Positions 20,567 to 32,391 of a stretch of DNA of 64,000 nt are shown here, piece by piece. Below the pieces are notes generated by a model. That model was given only the letters and a program-made list of their open reading frames with translations. It searched no databases and had not been told where the DNA came from. The stretch is from the NCBI GenBank assembly GCA_965233865.1, contig OZ247587.1, forward strand, positions 384,001 through 448,000, in the 5' to 3' direction. The position numbers and the translations under genes were made by a program. The first letter of the stretch is position 1. Every line of letters begins with the position of its first letter. The stretch is from Candidatus Neptunichlamydia sp. (GTDB taxonomy: Bacteria > Chlamydiota > Chlamydiia > Chlamydiales > Simkaniaceae).

Positions 20567-22537
20567 ATGGATAAAAGTACTCTTGGAGATTACTCAATCA
20601 TCAAGCAAATCGGTCAGGGAACGCTTGGCAGCGTGTATCTTGCTGAACACCGGTTTGTTAAGCAGCAATACATTTTAAAGGTTCTTCCTGAGGAATTATC
20701 GACGGACCGAAACTTTATCCAGCGATTTGAAAAGGAAGTGGTAACTCTCTCAAAACTTGACCACCCACACATTGTTAAAGTGCATAATATTTCATTTTCT
20801 GAAGGGTATTACTTTTTAGTCACAGACTGCATTGTTGATTGTTTAGGAGAAACGACAAACTTAACCCAATATCTAGGAGTAAATAAGCAAAGCCTTAACG
20901 AAAATGAAATCTTGGAGCTGTTGACCCAGGTCGCATCAGCATTGGCTTATGCGCATCAAATTCAACTAGGGGGCTCTCCTCTAGCGCACCGAGGACTCAA
21001 ACTCAATAATATCTTGATTGGAAAAGGAGAGAGAGGACTACATGTTTACCTTTCTGATTTTGGCCTTTCTCATATTGTTGGAGAAGGTGCGATTCTAACC
21101 CGAATGTATAAAAATCTCGCGGATGTTCTTTCCCTAGATTTACATCAGTCAACCTTTACGAAACCTGGCGAAGAAAAATATATGACGGGAACTTTTGACT
21201 CTGGTAAACTTTCAAAACTTCATGCATCATTCCTGCAGACTTACCATTTTCTTGCCCCAGAACAAAAGATTTATCGTGAAAAACCAGTGGGACCTAAAGC
21301 TGACATGTATGCTTTTGGTATTCTTGCCTATTTCCTTTTGATGCATTCCTTTCCTGAGGGTAATTTTCACCTTCCTTGCGAGATCTATCCTGACTTCCGG
21401 TTAAATTGGGACAACCTCATTCAAGAATGTTTAAAACCTGACCCAAATAAGCGTCCTGATTCACTTCTCAGAATGCTAAATGGGCTTTCCTCGTCTCAGG
21501 TGAAGAAAGTAGCTACAGTTAGTTCGATTGAAGAAGGGGAGATTTTAGATTGGGACGAAAGAGCAGAAATGCCTGCAATTCCTGAAGAATCAGGGGTTGC
21601 GCTTGCGACTGAGGAAAAAGAAGAAGAAATGACTCTAAAGCAAGCTGATATGCTACATGAGGTGTCTGAAATGGTGAGAGGGAATGCAAAACCCGTTCTT
21701 AACCCTCAGGAGATCAAACGCCCTGAATACGATCCAGATCCTGCAGCGGCCTTTCATATCGATAGCACTGTTGCTAGATATGTTCCAAAGGAAGAAAAAG
21801 CGAAAAATATTGAGCCAATTCAATCCGATATGGATGTTGTTAAAGGAGGAGAGTATTACCGAGGAAGTGACGAGGGAGGAAGAGATGAGCGCCCCCGGCA
21901 CGCAGTGAAACTTTCAAGTTTTGCCCTTGATGTGCATCCTGTAACAAACGAGCAGTTTAAGCGCTTTTTAGATGCTATGGGTGGCGAAAAAGATGCAAAT
22001 AATAACGACATTATAAGACCCAGAGAATCGCGTATTCGTCGTCATGAAGGAACGTTGACCATTGAGTCAGGCTATTCTAAACACCCTGTCATTGGCGTGA
22101 CTTGGTATGGTGCCATTGCCTATGCTAAGTGGGTAGGAAAACGCCTTCCAACCGAAGCGGAATGGGAAATTGCTGCATCAGGAGGAGAGGAACTCATGTA
22201 TCCAACTGGAGCAAGCATTGAACGAACTCAAGCAAATTTCTTTAGCTCTGATACAACATCTGTTAAAAGCTATCCTCCCAATAAGTATGGTTTCTACGAC
22301 ATGGTGGGGAACGTTTATGAGTGGTGCCAGGATTGGTACGATTACAATTACTACGAGGTGGCAATGCAGCGCCCTGACAATCCAAAAGGACCCATGCAGG
22401 GTGTTTATCGTGTTCTTCGTGGTGGGTGTTGGAAGAGTCTCAAGGACGATCTTCGATGCTCTCATCGCCACAGGAATAATCCGGGTATTGTGAACCGTAC
22501 CTATGGTTTCCGATGCGCTGCTGATGTCGATGAATAG
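20567..22537 (+). CDS. pkn1: Ser/Thr kinase fused to formylglycine-generating-enzyme-like domain (chlamydial Pkn1)
   Basis: GQGTLG, DFG and APE kinase motifs; RLPTEAEWE, GNVYEWC and GFRC FGE motifs. Confidence 0.9.
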   Translation: MDKSTLGDYSIIKQIGQGTLGSVYLAEHRFVKQQYILKVLPEELSTDRNFIQRFEKEVVTLSKLDHPHIVKVHNISFSEGYYFLVTDCIVDCLGETTNLTQYLGVNKQSLNENEILELLTQVASALAYAHQIQLGGSPLAHRGLKLNNILIGKGERGLHVYLSDFGLSHIVGEGAILTRMYKNLADVLSLDLHQSTFTKPGEEKYMTGTFDSGKLSKLHASFLQTYHFLAPEQKIYREKPVGPKADMYAFGILAYFLLMHSFPEGNFHLPCEIYPDFRLNWDNLIQECLKPDPNKRPDSLLRMLNGLSSSQVKKVATVSSIEEGEILDWDERAEMPAIPEESGVALATEEKEEEMTLKQADMLHEVSEMVRGNAKPVLNPQEIKRPEYDPDPAAAFHIDSTVARYVPKEEKAKNIEPIQSDMDVVKGGEYYRGSDEGGRDERPRHAVKLSSFALDVHPVTNEQFKRFLDAMGGEKDANNNDIIRPRESRIRRHEGTLTIESGYSKHPVIGVTWYGAIAYAKWVGKRLPTEAEWEIAASGGEELMYPTGASIERTQANFFSSDTTSVKSYPPNKYGFYDMVGNVYEWCQDWYDYNYYEVAMQRPDNPKGPMQGVYRVLRGGCWKSLKDDLRCSHRHRNNPGIVNRTYGFRCAADVDE

Positions 22538-22978
22538 TTTTTTATTTGTCTGTGTGGGGAATATCTGTCGCTCTCCAGCTCTAAAAAGAAGGGATTAACG
22601 GCTTATGTAGAAAGTTATGGTCTTCATGCGACTTTTCTTGGAAATCCTCCAGATAGGCGGATGCAAGAGGTGGCTCAGAAGCACGGGGTCATTCTGCAAA
22701 ATCAAGCAAAAATTTTTGAGAATGCCTATTTTGATCAGTTTGATGTGATCTTTTGTGTCACTGCAGATGCTCTTTCAGCGATCCGCAGTATGGCACATTC
22801 TTCTGAGCACCATAAGAAAGTCTTGATGGCAACCCATTATTCTGAGCTGTACCCTGACAATCCGATTCCGGACCCTTATTTCAAGGACTCCGATGGATTC
22901 GAAACTGTTTGGTCGATGATCGAGGATGCCTGCAAGGGAATTATTGATAAGTTTTATCTTGATAAGAAAATAGAATAA
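22530..22978 (+). pseudogene. Low-molecular-weight protein tyrosine phosphatase, frameshifted
   Basis: MNSFLFVCVGNICRSPAL then a frameshift/stop; remainder (IPDPYF) is in another frame, 22661-22978. Confidence 0.85.
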
Positions 22979-22994
22979 GTTAGACCATGTCTCT

Positions 22995-23924
22995 ATGAAA
23001 TTGTTATTGTCAAAGCCTAGGGGGTTCTGTGCTGGCGTGGTACGTGCGATCGAGACGGTGGAGCGAGCCCTTGAACTTTGGGGACGACCTATCTATGTTA
23101 AGCATCAGATTGTTCACAATCGCCATGTTGTAGAAGATTTAGAGGAAAAAGGCGCAATTTTTGTCGAGAATCTTGATGAAGTGCCTGAAGGCTCTAGGAT
23201 CATTTATTCTGCTCATGGTATCCCTCCTTTTGTGCGAAAGCACGCAAAGCGAAGAGGACTGATTGAAATTGATGCTTCTTGCGGTTTGGTTATTCGTGTT
23301 CACTCTGCTGCCAAACGATTTGCTAATAAAGGTTATCATGTCCTTTTAATTGGTCACAAAAAACATGTGGAAGTCATAGGTACAGCTGGAGAAGCTCCTG
23401 ATGCAACGACAATTATCGAATCTCCTGCAGATGTCGAAAAACTTTCCTTTTCTCAAGAGCAACGCTTATTTTACACGACACAGACAACGCTTAGCCTGGA
23501 TGATGTTAAAGACATTACTGATGCCCTTAAAGCAAAGTATCCGCTTATCGAGACTCTCCCTAGTTCTTCAATTTGCTATGCAACGACAAATCGGCAATTA
23601 GCACTAAGAGAAATTACTTCTTCTGTTGGGCTTGTTCTTGTTGTAGGAGACCCCACAAGTTCAAATTCAAATCGTCTCTGCGAAGTCGCTCGAAAAAGAC
23701 ATGTTCCTGGATATCTCATTAATTCTCCAGATGATATCGATCCTGAGTGGCTAAATGGTGTAGAAGCTATTGGACTCACTGCCGGTGCATCCACGCCTGA
23801 ATTGGTGGTGCAAAAGTGCATTGAGCACCTTAAAACTCTCGGAGTGACTGAAACTGAAGAGGTCGAATACACTGAGGAGAACGTATTTTTTGAGCTTCCG
23901 AAGCAAGTGCTTACCCCAGGTTAG
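22995..23924 (+). CDS. ispH: 4-hydroxy-3-methylbut-2-enyl diphosphate reductase
   Basis: PRGFCAGV, SAHG, ICYATTNRQ, SSNSNRL and TAGASTP motifs. Confidence 0.97.
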   Translation: MKLLLSKPRGFCAGVVRAIETVERALELWGRPIYVKHQIVHNRHVVEDLEEKGAIFVENLDEVPEGSRIIYSAHGIPPFVRKHAKRRGLIEIDASCGLVIRVHSAAKRFANKGYHVLLIGHKKHVEVIGTAGEAPDATTIIESPADVEKLSFSQEQRLFYTTQTTLSLDDVKDITDALKAKYPLIETLPSSSICYATTNRQLALREITSSVGLVLVVGDPTSSNSNRLCEVARKRHVPGYLINSPDDIDPEWLNGVEAIGLTAGASTPELVVQKCIEHLKTLGVTETEEVEYTEENVFFELPKQVLTPG

Positions 23925-23974
23925 GGAGAAATCCCTATCGTTCAATTAATTTCTGATAACAGTTATAGATAAAC

Positions 23975-25173
23975 TGATCTTCCCCCGTTTCTGTAGACAT
24001 TTTTAACATAGACTATTCTCATGTTTTTCTTCAAATTTCACCGGGCTCAAACATCCCAATGTTGAATGTCTTCTCTTATTGTTATAGTAGCATTCTATAT
24101 AGTTAAATATTTCCTTTTCAGCAACTTCTGTATCTTTAAAAACTTTAGCTCCTACGCATTCTCTCTTAAGAGAATTGAAAAAACTTTCCATTGGGGCATT
24201 GTCATAGCAACTTCCTTTTCCACTCATGCTTCCAAGCATGTTGTTTTTCTTTAGATTTTTATCTATTGCTTCAGAGCCGTATAGTGACCCTTGATCGCTA
24301 TGAAATATTATCCCTTCTACAGCTCCTCTTCTTGAGACTGCCTGCTCTAAAGCTTGTATGACCAGTTCTTTTCTCATATGCTTTTTGATGGAATGTCCAA
24401 CGATTTTCCTAGAGTAAAGAGCCATGACTGTACATAAATATGCCCACCCTTTGCCTGTCCTTATATAGGTAATATCGCTAACCCATTTAGCATTCTTTTT
24501 CTCTGCCGTAAAATTCTGGTGAAGCAAGTTCGGCTTCTTCTCTTTTACTACTAACTTCTTTCTTTTCCATTTCATAATTTTAGCAACTCTCTTTTCACTA
24601 CAGTGCACCCCTTTTTCCTTCAGTTCCATAAAAATTCTTGGGCTTCCATATCGTTTTTTGTGCTCATAAAAGATCTGTTCTACTTCCTCGGTAAGCTTCT
24701 CTTCTTCTTGAACTCTTTTCCTTTTTGGAGATGACACGAAGCGGTAGTACCCGCTTCTTGTCATTCCAAAGACTTGCAACATTTTCTCTATGAAAAATTC
24801 CTTTCTCAATTTCTTCATAGCTCTGTATTTGCTTTTGACATCGAGGAGAAAATGCCCATGGCCTTTTTTAAGATTTCTCTTTCCTGCTTTAAGATCCTAT
24901 TTTCTTTTTTCAGTCGCTTAATCTCTTCTTTTTCCCTTGCCTGCTTCTCAGTCTTAATCAATCGACCATAGTTATGCTTACTGAGCCATACTTTTAGCGT
25001 AGAAACATCTATACCCAGATCACTTCCTACCCCTTCTATCTTCAGTCCTTCTTCTCTCACTAACTTGACCGCATTCCATTTAAATTCATCATTGAATTTT
25101 TTCATTTGCTTTTACTCCTCTTTAAGTTCGAGAAGTCTATATCATAACTATCCTATTTTTCGGGGGAAGATCA
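23975..25173 (-). mobile_element. IS3-family element (orfA 24815-25105, orfB 24003-24818)
   Basis: TG...CA ends with IR TGATCTTCCCCCG; WVSDITY, HSDQGS and DNAPMESFF DDE motifs; orfB linker looks internally shortened; no target duplication seen. Confidence 0.93.
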
Positions 25174-25300
25174 GATTTCGCTGAAAACCATCTCTAGATG
25201 GTCAGATATTATGACGACAAATCCTAATAAATTCGATCTGAATACAGAATAGATGCTTCCGTAGAAATGGTAGAAGAAGAGCTTCGAGAAGACACTTATA

Positions 25301-26653
25301 TCACCCTATTTTTTCCGTGGATTGCATTTTTTTGAAGTATACCCCAAAGTATAAGGATAGAAAAAACAAGGCCCTTGGAACCTTAATTTCCCCGTATTGT
25401 TTTATGGAAGGTTTAATGAATAGAATAAGAGCGGCAATGATTGCGCAGACAGCTCCCGCATAAATAGGGAAGCTATTGGCCTTCACCATAAAAAAGCCAC
25501 CGGCAAGCGCAGTTGCAGCTTCAGCAAAAACCTGAATAGATTGGTTGGTTCCTAGAGACTGCCCTTGCCATTTTCTGCTCACTACATCTGAAACCATAAT
25601 AGCAGGGAAGGCAAATCCCATTGACAGAAAGAACCCAATCGGAAGGAGAGTAAAAGTAAGAGCCCATGGGGATGCAGACATGTCAAAGATTAAGTAGCTG
25701 ATACAGATAAAAAAAGAACTGAGGCGCATTGATTCCCTTGAGGTCCAGCGTTTCGCAAAAAAGCCAAAGAAAAAGGGGGCGATGATGAAAGGGATGGAAA
25801 GGTACGCGTTGGCCTCTCCAAGCAATGAGAAAGAAAATCCGAACCGGTTTACAAGATAAGCGGAGAAAAAGTTCAAAAAGAAAAACATTGCTAAATAGAC
25901 GAAAAAATTTGCTGAAAATGTCACTCTAAGAGGTTGATAACGTATCACATGTATAAAGGATTTAGCAACCGATTTAAAAGATATTTTCATTCTACTCTCA
26001 GGAGAGTGTGTTTCTTTAAACAGATGGAAAACAACAAGAAAACCGATGAATGTGAGAAGCGCAGCACACCAAAAAGGAGTGTCATAGTGGAACCAAGGAA
26101 TAGTCGTAGAGTAGGCTAATTTCCCTCCAATCAAAGGGCCAAAGAAAAATGCTGTACTGCTTAATGATACAATCCATCCAAAGCTTTTCGCTTTTGCTTT
26201 TGAATTTTCACTGACATCGGCAACAGCTGCTTGAGCAATCACAATATTACCCTCTAGGAGACCGCTAAAAAATCGGCTCACAAATAGAAACGGAGGAAGA
26301 GTATAGAGAATTGAAAGTGCTGATCCAATAAATGCAGGAATCACAGCAAGAAGAGAAATCAATAAAATCGGTTTCCTTCCATATTTATCAGAAAGTTTTC
26401 CAAGGACTGGGGCTCCTATAAACTGACCAATTGGATACATAGAAAATAGGACGCCTAATAAAATTCTTCGCCTTCCTATCCCCATCGAATCTGGAAGAAA
26501 ACCATGCGAAGGTTCTAAAAAGAGAGGAGGGAAAAGAGGAAGCGCTAGAGAAAACCCTAAGTATCCTAGGAATAAAACAGTAAAGACTGGAAATATTCTA
26601 GTTACTTGCGACGAGGCCAAATGGGGTTTCCTTAATTTTATAGACACTATCAT
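25301..26653 (-). CDS. MFS transporter, TetA/DHA1-like
   Basis: LGKLSDKYGRKP and GPLIGG motifs. Confidence 0.9.
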   Translation of the reverse strand: MIVSIKLRKPHLASSQVTRIFPVFTVLFLGYLGFSLALPLFPPLFLEPSHGFLPDSMGIGRRRILLGVLFSMYPIGQFIGAPVLGKLSDKYGRKPILLISLLAVIPAFIGSALSILYTLPPFLFVSRFFSGLLEGNIVIAQAAVADVSENSKAKAKSFGWIVSLSSTAFFFGPLIGGKLAYSTTIPWFHYDTPFWCAALLTFIGFLVVFHLFKETHSPESRMKISFKSVAKSFIHVIRYQPLRVTFSANFFVYLAMFFFLNFFSAYLVNRFGFSFSLLGEANAYLSIPFIIAPFFFGFFAKRWTSRESMRLSSFFICISYLIFDMSASPWALTFTLLPIGFFLSMGFAFPAIMVSDVVSRKWQGQSLGTNQSIQVFAEAATALAGGFFMVKANSFPIYAGAVCAIIAALILFIKPSIKQYGEIKVPRALFFLSLYFGVYFKKMQSTEKIG

Positions 26654-26743
26654 GTTAAACTATTTTTATGTTTTTTCTCAAATTCACTTTAGGTGTTTGA
26701 TAAAATGACGGATCTCATTTGACAACATAGGAGACTCGTATTT

Positions 26744-26873
26744 ATGAGAGAAGGAGCTAAGCGATCAAAGAACCTGAGAGAATTTTGGAAGGGGAAATTA
26801 CAGGAGTGTCAGGCAAATAGCCTAAGTGGTCCGAATTGGTGTCGTGCAAACCAACTCCTTTATCACCAGTTCA
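26744..26873 (+). pseudogene. IS66 accessory protein TnpA remnant
   Basis: FWKGKLQECQANSLSGPNWCRANQLLYHQF resembles the IS66 orf1 N-terminus; cut off at the hemN stop. Confidence 0.55.
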
Positions 26874-26875
26874 TC

Positions 26876-27958
26876 TCATTCATCGATGATTTTTTCAGCA
26901 ACAGTGTCGTAGAAGAGGCGTCCGTGATCAGTTAGGGTTGCGTGGCCATCTTGGTAGGTGATCCAACCTTCTCGGTCGAGATCTGTTAGTAGGGTCTGAG
27001 TATCAAGGGGAATATTACCCAGGGGGATCCCTTCGGTAAGGCGAAGGCCTATCGCAATCTTTTCATGGAGACTGGCAGGGAAGGGCAGCTTTTCTTCAAA
27101 ATCAACAGGAAATTTTCCTTGCTCAAGCTTTTTGAGATAGCGATTTAAATGACAGATATTCTGAAAACGCTTGCCCTCGTAGTAACTAAAGGCAGATGGG
27201 CCGTATCCTAAAAATTCTCTCTCTGTCCAGTAACCACTATTGTGAATGGAAACTTTTCCATTGCGTGCGAAGGCAGAAATTTCGTAGCGATGGAGGTGCG
27301 CTTTTTTGAAGCGCTCGCAGGCATATTGGAGCATTTTGGTAGCTGTTTCTTCATCGGGGAGATGGGGACGAAGCTCCTGTTCTTTTTTCTTGAAAACTGT
27401 ATGGGGCTCAATTGTGAGATTGTATAGAGAAAGGTGGGTAATGGGTAGCTCAACTGCGGCGTCAACGGTTTCTTTCCACGCCTGAAAGGTTTGGTGAGGG
27501 ATTTCATACATGAGATCAATTGTGATGTTTTTGATTCCTGCAGCATGGGTGATGTTGACTGCATCGATTGCTTTTTGTGCGGTGTGGGCTCTTCCAAGAT
27601 GATTAAGGAGGGTATTGTTTAAGGATTGGACTCCGATGCTCACACGATTAACGCCTAGATCATGCAATATTTTCATGAGCTCTGGTGTGACGTCTTCAGG
27701 ATTTGCCTCCACTGTGATTTCCGGTGCTGTGGTTTTTTGCAAGATTTGTTTGATTCCTTCAACACAAAGAGTAGGCGTACCCCCTCCAAAATAGAGAGAT
27801 GCAATCTCTTTTCCTTCAATTTGGGGGAGGCGCAGCTCCCATTCTTTGAGCAAAGCTTCAATAAAAGAATCTTGATCACGATTAGGAATTACATAGAAAT
27901 GGCAGTAGGGACATTTACGTGTGCAAAAGGGAAGATGGAAATATAGAGAAATTACCAC
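26876..27958 (-). CDS. hemN: Radical SAM HemN/HemW family protein
   Basis: HLPFCTRKCPYCHF, YFGGGTP and RVSIGVQS motifs. Confidence 0.93.
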   Translation of the reverse strand: MVISLYFHLPFCTRKCPYCHFYVIPNRDQDSFIEALLKEWELRLPQIEGKEIASLYFGGGTPTLCVEGIKQILQKTTAPEITVEANPEDVTPELMKILHDLGVNRVSIGVQSLNNTLLNHLGRAHTAQKAIDAVNITHAAGIKNITIDLMYEIPHQTFQAWKETVDAAVELPITHLSLYNLTIEPHTVFKKKEQELRPHLPDEETATKMLQYACERFKKAHLHRYEISAFARNGKVSIHNSGYWTEREFLGYGPSAFSYYEGKRFQNICHLNRYLKKLEQGKFPVDFEEKLPFPASLHEKIAIGLRLTEGIPLGNIPLDTQTLLTDLDREGWITYQDGHATLTDHGRLFYDTVAEKIIDE

Positions 27959-28413
27959 GAATCGCCGTCAGGATCTTCGAGGATTCCTCGACGCCATCGG
28001 TTTTTATCACTATAAGGGTCTTCATCATCGTCAGAGATGGTGGTTGCGGATTCTTCATCATCAGCAACGGTTCCAGTCTCTGTGCCAAAAGTTGTTGGAG
28101 AATCATTCTCGAGACCAGAGTCAGTCATTCCGCCTCCGCCTCCACTTTCGTCTATATCGACGCCTGGGAGGGTATGAGGTTCTTGATAGGCTGCACGCTG
28201 TTGAGCGTTACGCTTCGGGACAGAGTATTCTTCGCTATCCCCATTTTCTTTGATGCTTTGGAGACGAGATTTCTCATCGTCTAAGCGCTTTTTAAGAAGC
28301 TCAATTTCACCCTTGTGCTTTTCGATGTCCTTCTTAGGGACAAGACCCAAGTTGAGCCATTGCTCCAAGTCGTGAAGTTCAAGTTCTAGCTTTTTCATTC
28401 GTTCGCTTTTCAT
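27952..28413 (-). CDS. Conserved chlamydial coiled-coil/acidic protein between hemN and sucA (CT053-like, from memory of synteny)
   Basis: MKSERMKKLELELHDLEQWLNLGLVPKK; acidic tail ending NRWRRG...DSW. Confidence 0.75.
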   Translation of the reverse strand: MKSERMKKLELELHDLEQWLNLGLVPKKDIEKHKGEIELLKKRLDDEKSRLQSIKENGDSEEYSVPKRNAQQRAAYQEPHTLPGVDIDESGGGGGMTDSGLENDSPTTFGTETGTVADDEESATTISDDDEDPYSDKNRWRRGILEDPDGDSW

Positions 28414-28555
28414 AACCACAGTACTATACTCCACAAGGTAATATATTCAAAGTACCTTTTAATTAATGGGGAACAAATTTTTTGGAAAGAGAAATCATTT
28501 TTCTTTTTGAGAAAGGGAGAGATTTTGATATAGCAAAGGGGAGAGGGGAGATGAT

Positions 28556-31258
28556 ATGAGCCGTGGCGAAGAATATGCGAATCTATCAAACTTAAGTTAT
28601 ATCGAAGGGATTTACGCAGAGTATTTAAAGGATCCTGGCAGCGTTGAAAAAAGCTGGCAACATTTTTTTGAAGGAATGGCTCTTGGATCTGCACTCAAAG
28701 GTCCTGCAGTTGAAGGCAGAAGAAGCCCTGACTTGCGCATTTTTAGGATGATTGAAGCGTATCGTCTTTATGGTCATAAAGGTGCAACATTCAATCCTAT
28801 TGGTATTGATCTGACAAAACCAGATGAAGTTGAAGAGTTGAAACTTGAAACTTTGGGTTTCAAAAAAGAAGAGTTGGAGCAAGAATTTCCAACCTGTGGA
28901 TTTCTCAAAGATCAAACAGCGCCCCTTTCTGCCATTATTGACGCACTAAATAAGACCTACTGCAATTCAGTAGGATTTGAATATATGGGAATGCAAACTC
29001 CTGACATGGAGCGGTTTTTTCAACAAAAAATTGAACCCCTTTTTCAATTTTCGCTCTCTAGGAAAGAAAAAATAGAAGTGCTTCATCATCTAAATCGGTC
29101 GGAGATTTTAGAGTCATTTATCCATATGAAGTATCCAGGTCAAAAACGATTTTCTCTTGAGGGTGGAGAGACGCTCATTCCAATGCTCATGGAAATGATT
29201 CAGCATGGTAGCGCTAAAGGAATTGAGCAAATTGTTCTTGGAATGGCACATCGAGGCCGTTTAAATGTTTTGGCGAATGTTTTGGGAAAATCTTATTCCG
29301 ATCTTTTTCGAGAATTTGAAAAAACCTATGTTCCTGATACGTATGAAGGTTCTGGAGATGTGAAATACCATATGGGGTATTTCTCAGATCTTTCTACAAA
29401 AAATAGGAAAAGTGTTCACCTTGCCCTTTGTGCAAACCCGAGCCATCTCGAGGCTGTTGATCCCGTTGTTGAGGGAAAAGCGCGGGCTAAACAGGAGGAA
29501 TTTTTCCAAGGAAAGACAGATGCTGTTCTTCCGGTTCTGATCCATGGGGATGCCTCAATCGCAGGGCAAGGTGTGGTTTATGAAACGATGCAGCTTTCTA
29601 AGCTTGCGGGTTATCAGACCGGGGGAACGATGCATATCGTTATCAATAACCAAGTGGGATTTACCGCGGCTCCAAAAGAGACCAAATCGACCCCTTATTG
29701 CACGGATATCGCAAAATCGTTTGGCGCACCCGTCTTTCATGTGAATGCCGAGGATCCCGAGAGGGCCGTGATTGTAATGAAACTCGCGATTGAGCTGCGA
29801 CAAAAGTTTGGGTGCGATGTCTTTATCGAGCTTAACTGTCACCGAAAATATGGTCATAACGAAAATGATGAACCGGCTTTTACCCAACCTGAAATTTATA
29901 AAGTTATTAAGCAAAAGCAGGTTATTCGCAATCTCTATCGCGATGCTCTTATTCAAGAAGGAACACTTTCACAAAAGGCAGCAGACGCGCTTGAAAAAGA
30001 TTTTAAAGACAGCTTAGAAGAAGCTCTCAAAGTGACTCAAGAAGAGATTAAGACGAAAAAAGCTGGAAAAGTTAAAGAAAAATTCTCTCTCCTCGCCCCT
30101 ATAAAAACTGCAATTCCTCTGGAGCGCTTGATTGAACTTGCTAAAAAATTCACAACGATTCCAAGTAGTTTTGTCCTTAATTCTAAACTTAAACGTTTGA
30201 TGAATGATCGGATAAAGATGATCTCAGGGGATAAAGATGCCCCTATTGTTGACTGGGGAATGGCGGAGCACCTTGCTTATGCGACTTTATTAACAGAAGG
30301 GGTGCATGTGCGTTTGTCGGGCCAAGATTCTGGTCGCGGAACTTTTTCTCACCGCCATGCGACACTGACAGATCAAGAGACTTCACAACGTTACTGCCCT
30401 CTTTCTCATTTAAGTAATGATCAAGCAAATTTTGATGTCTACAACTCGCCTCTTTCGGAATATGCTGTGATGGGATTTGAATATGGATATAGTCTTTCCT
30501 ATAAGAAAGCCTTAACCATTTGGGAAGGGCAGTTTGGAGACTTTGCAAATGGTGCGCAGATTGTGATTGATCAGTTTATCGTTTCTGCGGAGCAGAAATG
30601 GGGGCGGTTTTCTCCTTTAACTCTTCTTCTTCCTCACGGGTATGAGGGACAGGGACCGGAGCACTCTTCTGCACGGATTGAAAGATTTTTGCAACTTGCA
30701 GCAAATGATAGCCTATATATCATCTACCCATCAACTCCATCGCAACACTTCCATGCGCTGCGCCGTCAGGGAATCAGCGAGCTCTTAAAACCTCTAGTTC
30801 TCTTTACTCCTAAAGCACTTCTACGTTATCCGCCCTCGTTAAGTATGCCTAAGGAGCTTGCAGGTGGTGAATTTCAGGAGGTAATTGATGATCCTAAAAC
30901 TCTCAAAAGCGTAAGGCGCGTGATCTTTTGCTCTGGAAAAGTCTATTATGACCTTATCGAAAATAACAAACGCTCTGATATTGCAATTATACGGATAGAG
31001 CAGCTCTATCCTTTCTACGCAGAAAAGGTTCAAGCGATTCTCAAAAAATACAACGAACTCTCAGAGTGTTTTTGGGTTCAAGAGGAACCTCAAAACCAAG
31101 GGGTCTACTCCTACATTCAGCCTTTGCTTCAAAACCTCCTTCCCGAAAAAATCTCATTAAGGTATGTCGGAAGAGATAGAGGCGCATCCACAGCAGCTGG
31201 AACAAGTGCTCTCCATATAAAAGAACTCGAGAAATTTCTAAAAGAGGCCCTCGAATGA
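28556..31258 (+). CDS. sucA: 2-oxoglutarate dehydrogenase E1
   Basis: [30 protein letters not shown] and GPEHSSAR motifs. Confidence 0.97.
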   Translation: MSRGEEYANLSNLSYIEGIYAEYLKDPGSVEKSWQHFFEGMALGSALKGPAVEGRRSPDLRIFRMIEAYRLYGHKGATFNPIGIDLTKPDEVEELKLETLGFKKEELEQEFPTCGFLKDQTAPLSAIIDALNKTYCNSVGFEYMGMQTPDMERFFQQKIEPLFQFSLSRKEKIEVLHHLNRSEILESFIHMKYPGQKRFSLEGGETLIPMLMEMIQHGSAKGIEQIVLGMAHRGRLNVLANVLGKSYSDLFREFEKTYVPDTYEGSGDVKYHMGYFSDLSTKNRKSVHLALCANPSHLEAVDPVVEGKARAKQEEFFQGKTDAVLPVLIHGDASIAGQGVVYETMQLSKLAGYQTGGTMHIVINNQVGFTAAPKETKSTPYCTDIAKSFGAPVFHVNAEDPERAVIVMKLAIELRQKFGCDVFIELNCHRKYGHNENDEPAFTQPEIYKVIKQKQVIRNLYRDALIQEGTLSQKAADALEKDFKDSLEEALKVTQEEIKTKKAGKVKEKFSLLAPIKTAIPLERLIELAKKFTTIPSSFVLNSKLKRLMNDRIKMISGDKDAPIVDWGMAEHLAYATLLTEGVHVRLSGQDSGRGTFSHRHATLTDQETSQRYCPLSHLSNDQANFDVYNSPLSEYAVMGFEYGYSLSYKKALTIWEGQFGDFANGAQIVIDQFIVSAEQKWGRFSPLTLLLPHGYEGQGPEHSSARIERFLQLAANDSLYIIYPSTPSQHFHALRRQGISELLKPLVLFTPKALLRYPPSLSMPKELAGGEFQEVIDDPKTLKSVRRVIFCSGKVYYDLIENNKRSDIAIIRIEQLYPFYAEKVQAILKKYNELSECFWVQEEPQNQGVYSYIQPLLQNLLPEKISLRYVGRDRGASTAAGTSALHIKELEKFLKEALE

Positions 31259-32391
31259 AAGTAGACATCCAAGTTCCCTCAGCAGGGGAGTCGGTTACTG
31301 AAGCAATTGTTGCAGCGATCATGAAAGAAAACGGCGCCTCTGTAAATAAAGAAGAAGAGATTCTAGAGCTTGAAACCGACAAAGTAAATCAAGTTCTTTA
31401 TGCCCCAGAGGGAGGTGTTCTGCACCTTACTGTTTCAGTTGACGATGTCGTCACCCCCAATCAAATTATTGGCTATGTGGATACCGAAGGAAAAGGGGAA
31501 GTAGCTCAGCCTGTATCTGCAAAAAAAGAAGAGAAGAAAAATGAAATGCTACCCCCGCCAAAAGAAGGTGCAAGCGGAGGGGCTAGAAAATCTCCAGAAT
31601 CTTTCGTTGCGTCTCTTGGAAAGGAAACTCCTGCAGCATCTTCGCCTCCTTCAAAGCCCTCTCGACCTAAGGCTCCTCTCCAAGAAGGCCAAACGCGAAA
31701 GCGCATGAGTGGGCTCCGCAAGACCATAGCAAAGCGCCTCGTTGAGGTTAAAAATACCACTGCGATGCTCACCACGTTTAATGAAGTCGATATGTCAGCA
31801 GTCATGGAGATCCGCGCGCGCGAAAAAGATCTCTTTTTAAAGAAACACGATGTGAAACTTGGCTTTATGTCCTTTTTTGTGAAGTCCTGTGTTGCCGCAT
31901 TAAAAGAGCTTCCAGATGTGAATGGATTTATCGATGGGGAGGAGATCGTGTACAATGACGGATGCCACATTAGCATCTCGGTATCGACGCCCAAAGGACT
32001 AATGGTTCCCGTTCTCCTCAACGCAGAAAAGCTCTCCTTTGCAAGGGTCGAAAAAGGGATTCAGGAGTTTGCAGCAAAAGCACGCAAAGGGAAGATTTCT
32101 ATTGAAGATCTTCAGGGAGGAACCTTTACCATTACGAATGGGGGAGTCTTTGGATCTATGCTTTCAACGCCTATTATTAATCCTCCTCAAAGTGCCATTT
32201 TAGGGATGCATAACATCGTCCAAAGAGCGGTTGTTATCGATGGAAAAATCGAAATTCGCCCGATGATGTATTTAGCACTGAGCTATGATCATCGGATTGT
32301 TGACGGCAAGGAAGCTGTCACCTTCTTAGTACGGGTGAAAGAAATGCTCGAAAAGCCCGAACGCCTCCTCCTTGGAGAAACCGATGGTTGA
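31255..32391 (+). CDS. sucB: Dihydrolipoamide succinyltransferase E2
   Basis: Lipoyl motif [28 protein letters not shown]. Confidence 0.97.
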   Translation: MKVDIQVPSAGESVTEAIVAAIMKENGASVNKEEEILELETDKVNQVLYAPEGGVLHLTVSVDDVVTPNQIIGYVDTEGKGEVAQPVSAKKEEKKNEMLPPPKEGASGGARKSPESFVASLGKETPAASSPPSKPSRPKAPLQEGQTRKRMSGLRKTIAKRLVEVKNTTAMLTTFNEVDMSAVMEIRAREKDLFLKKHDVKLGFMSFFVKSCVAALKELPDVNGFIDGEEIVYNDGCHISISVSTPKGLMVPVLLNAEKLSFARVEKGIQEFAAKARKGKISIEDLQGGTFTITNGGVFGSMLSTPIINPPQSAILGMHNIVQRAVVIDGKIEIRPMMYLALSYDHRIVDGKEAVTFLVRVKEMLEKPERLLLGETDG

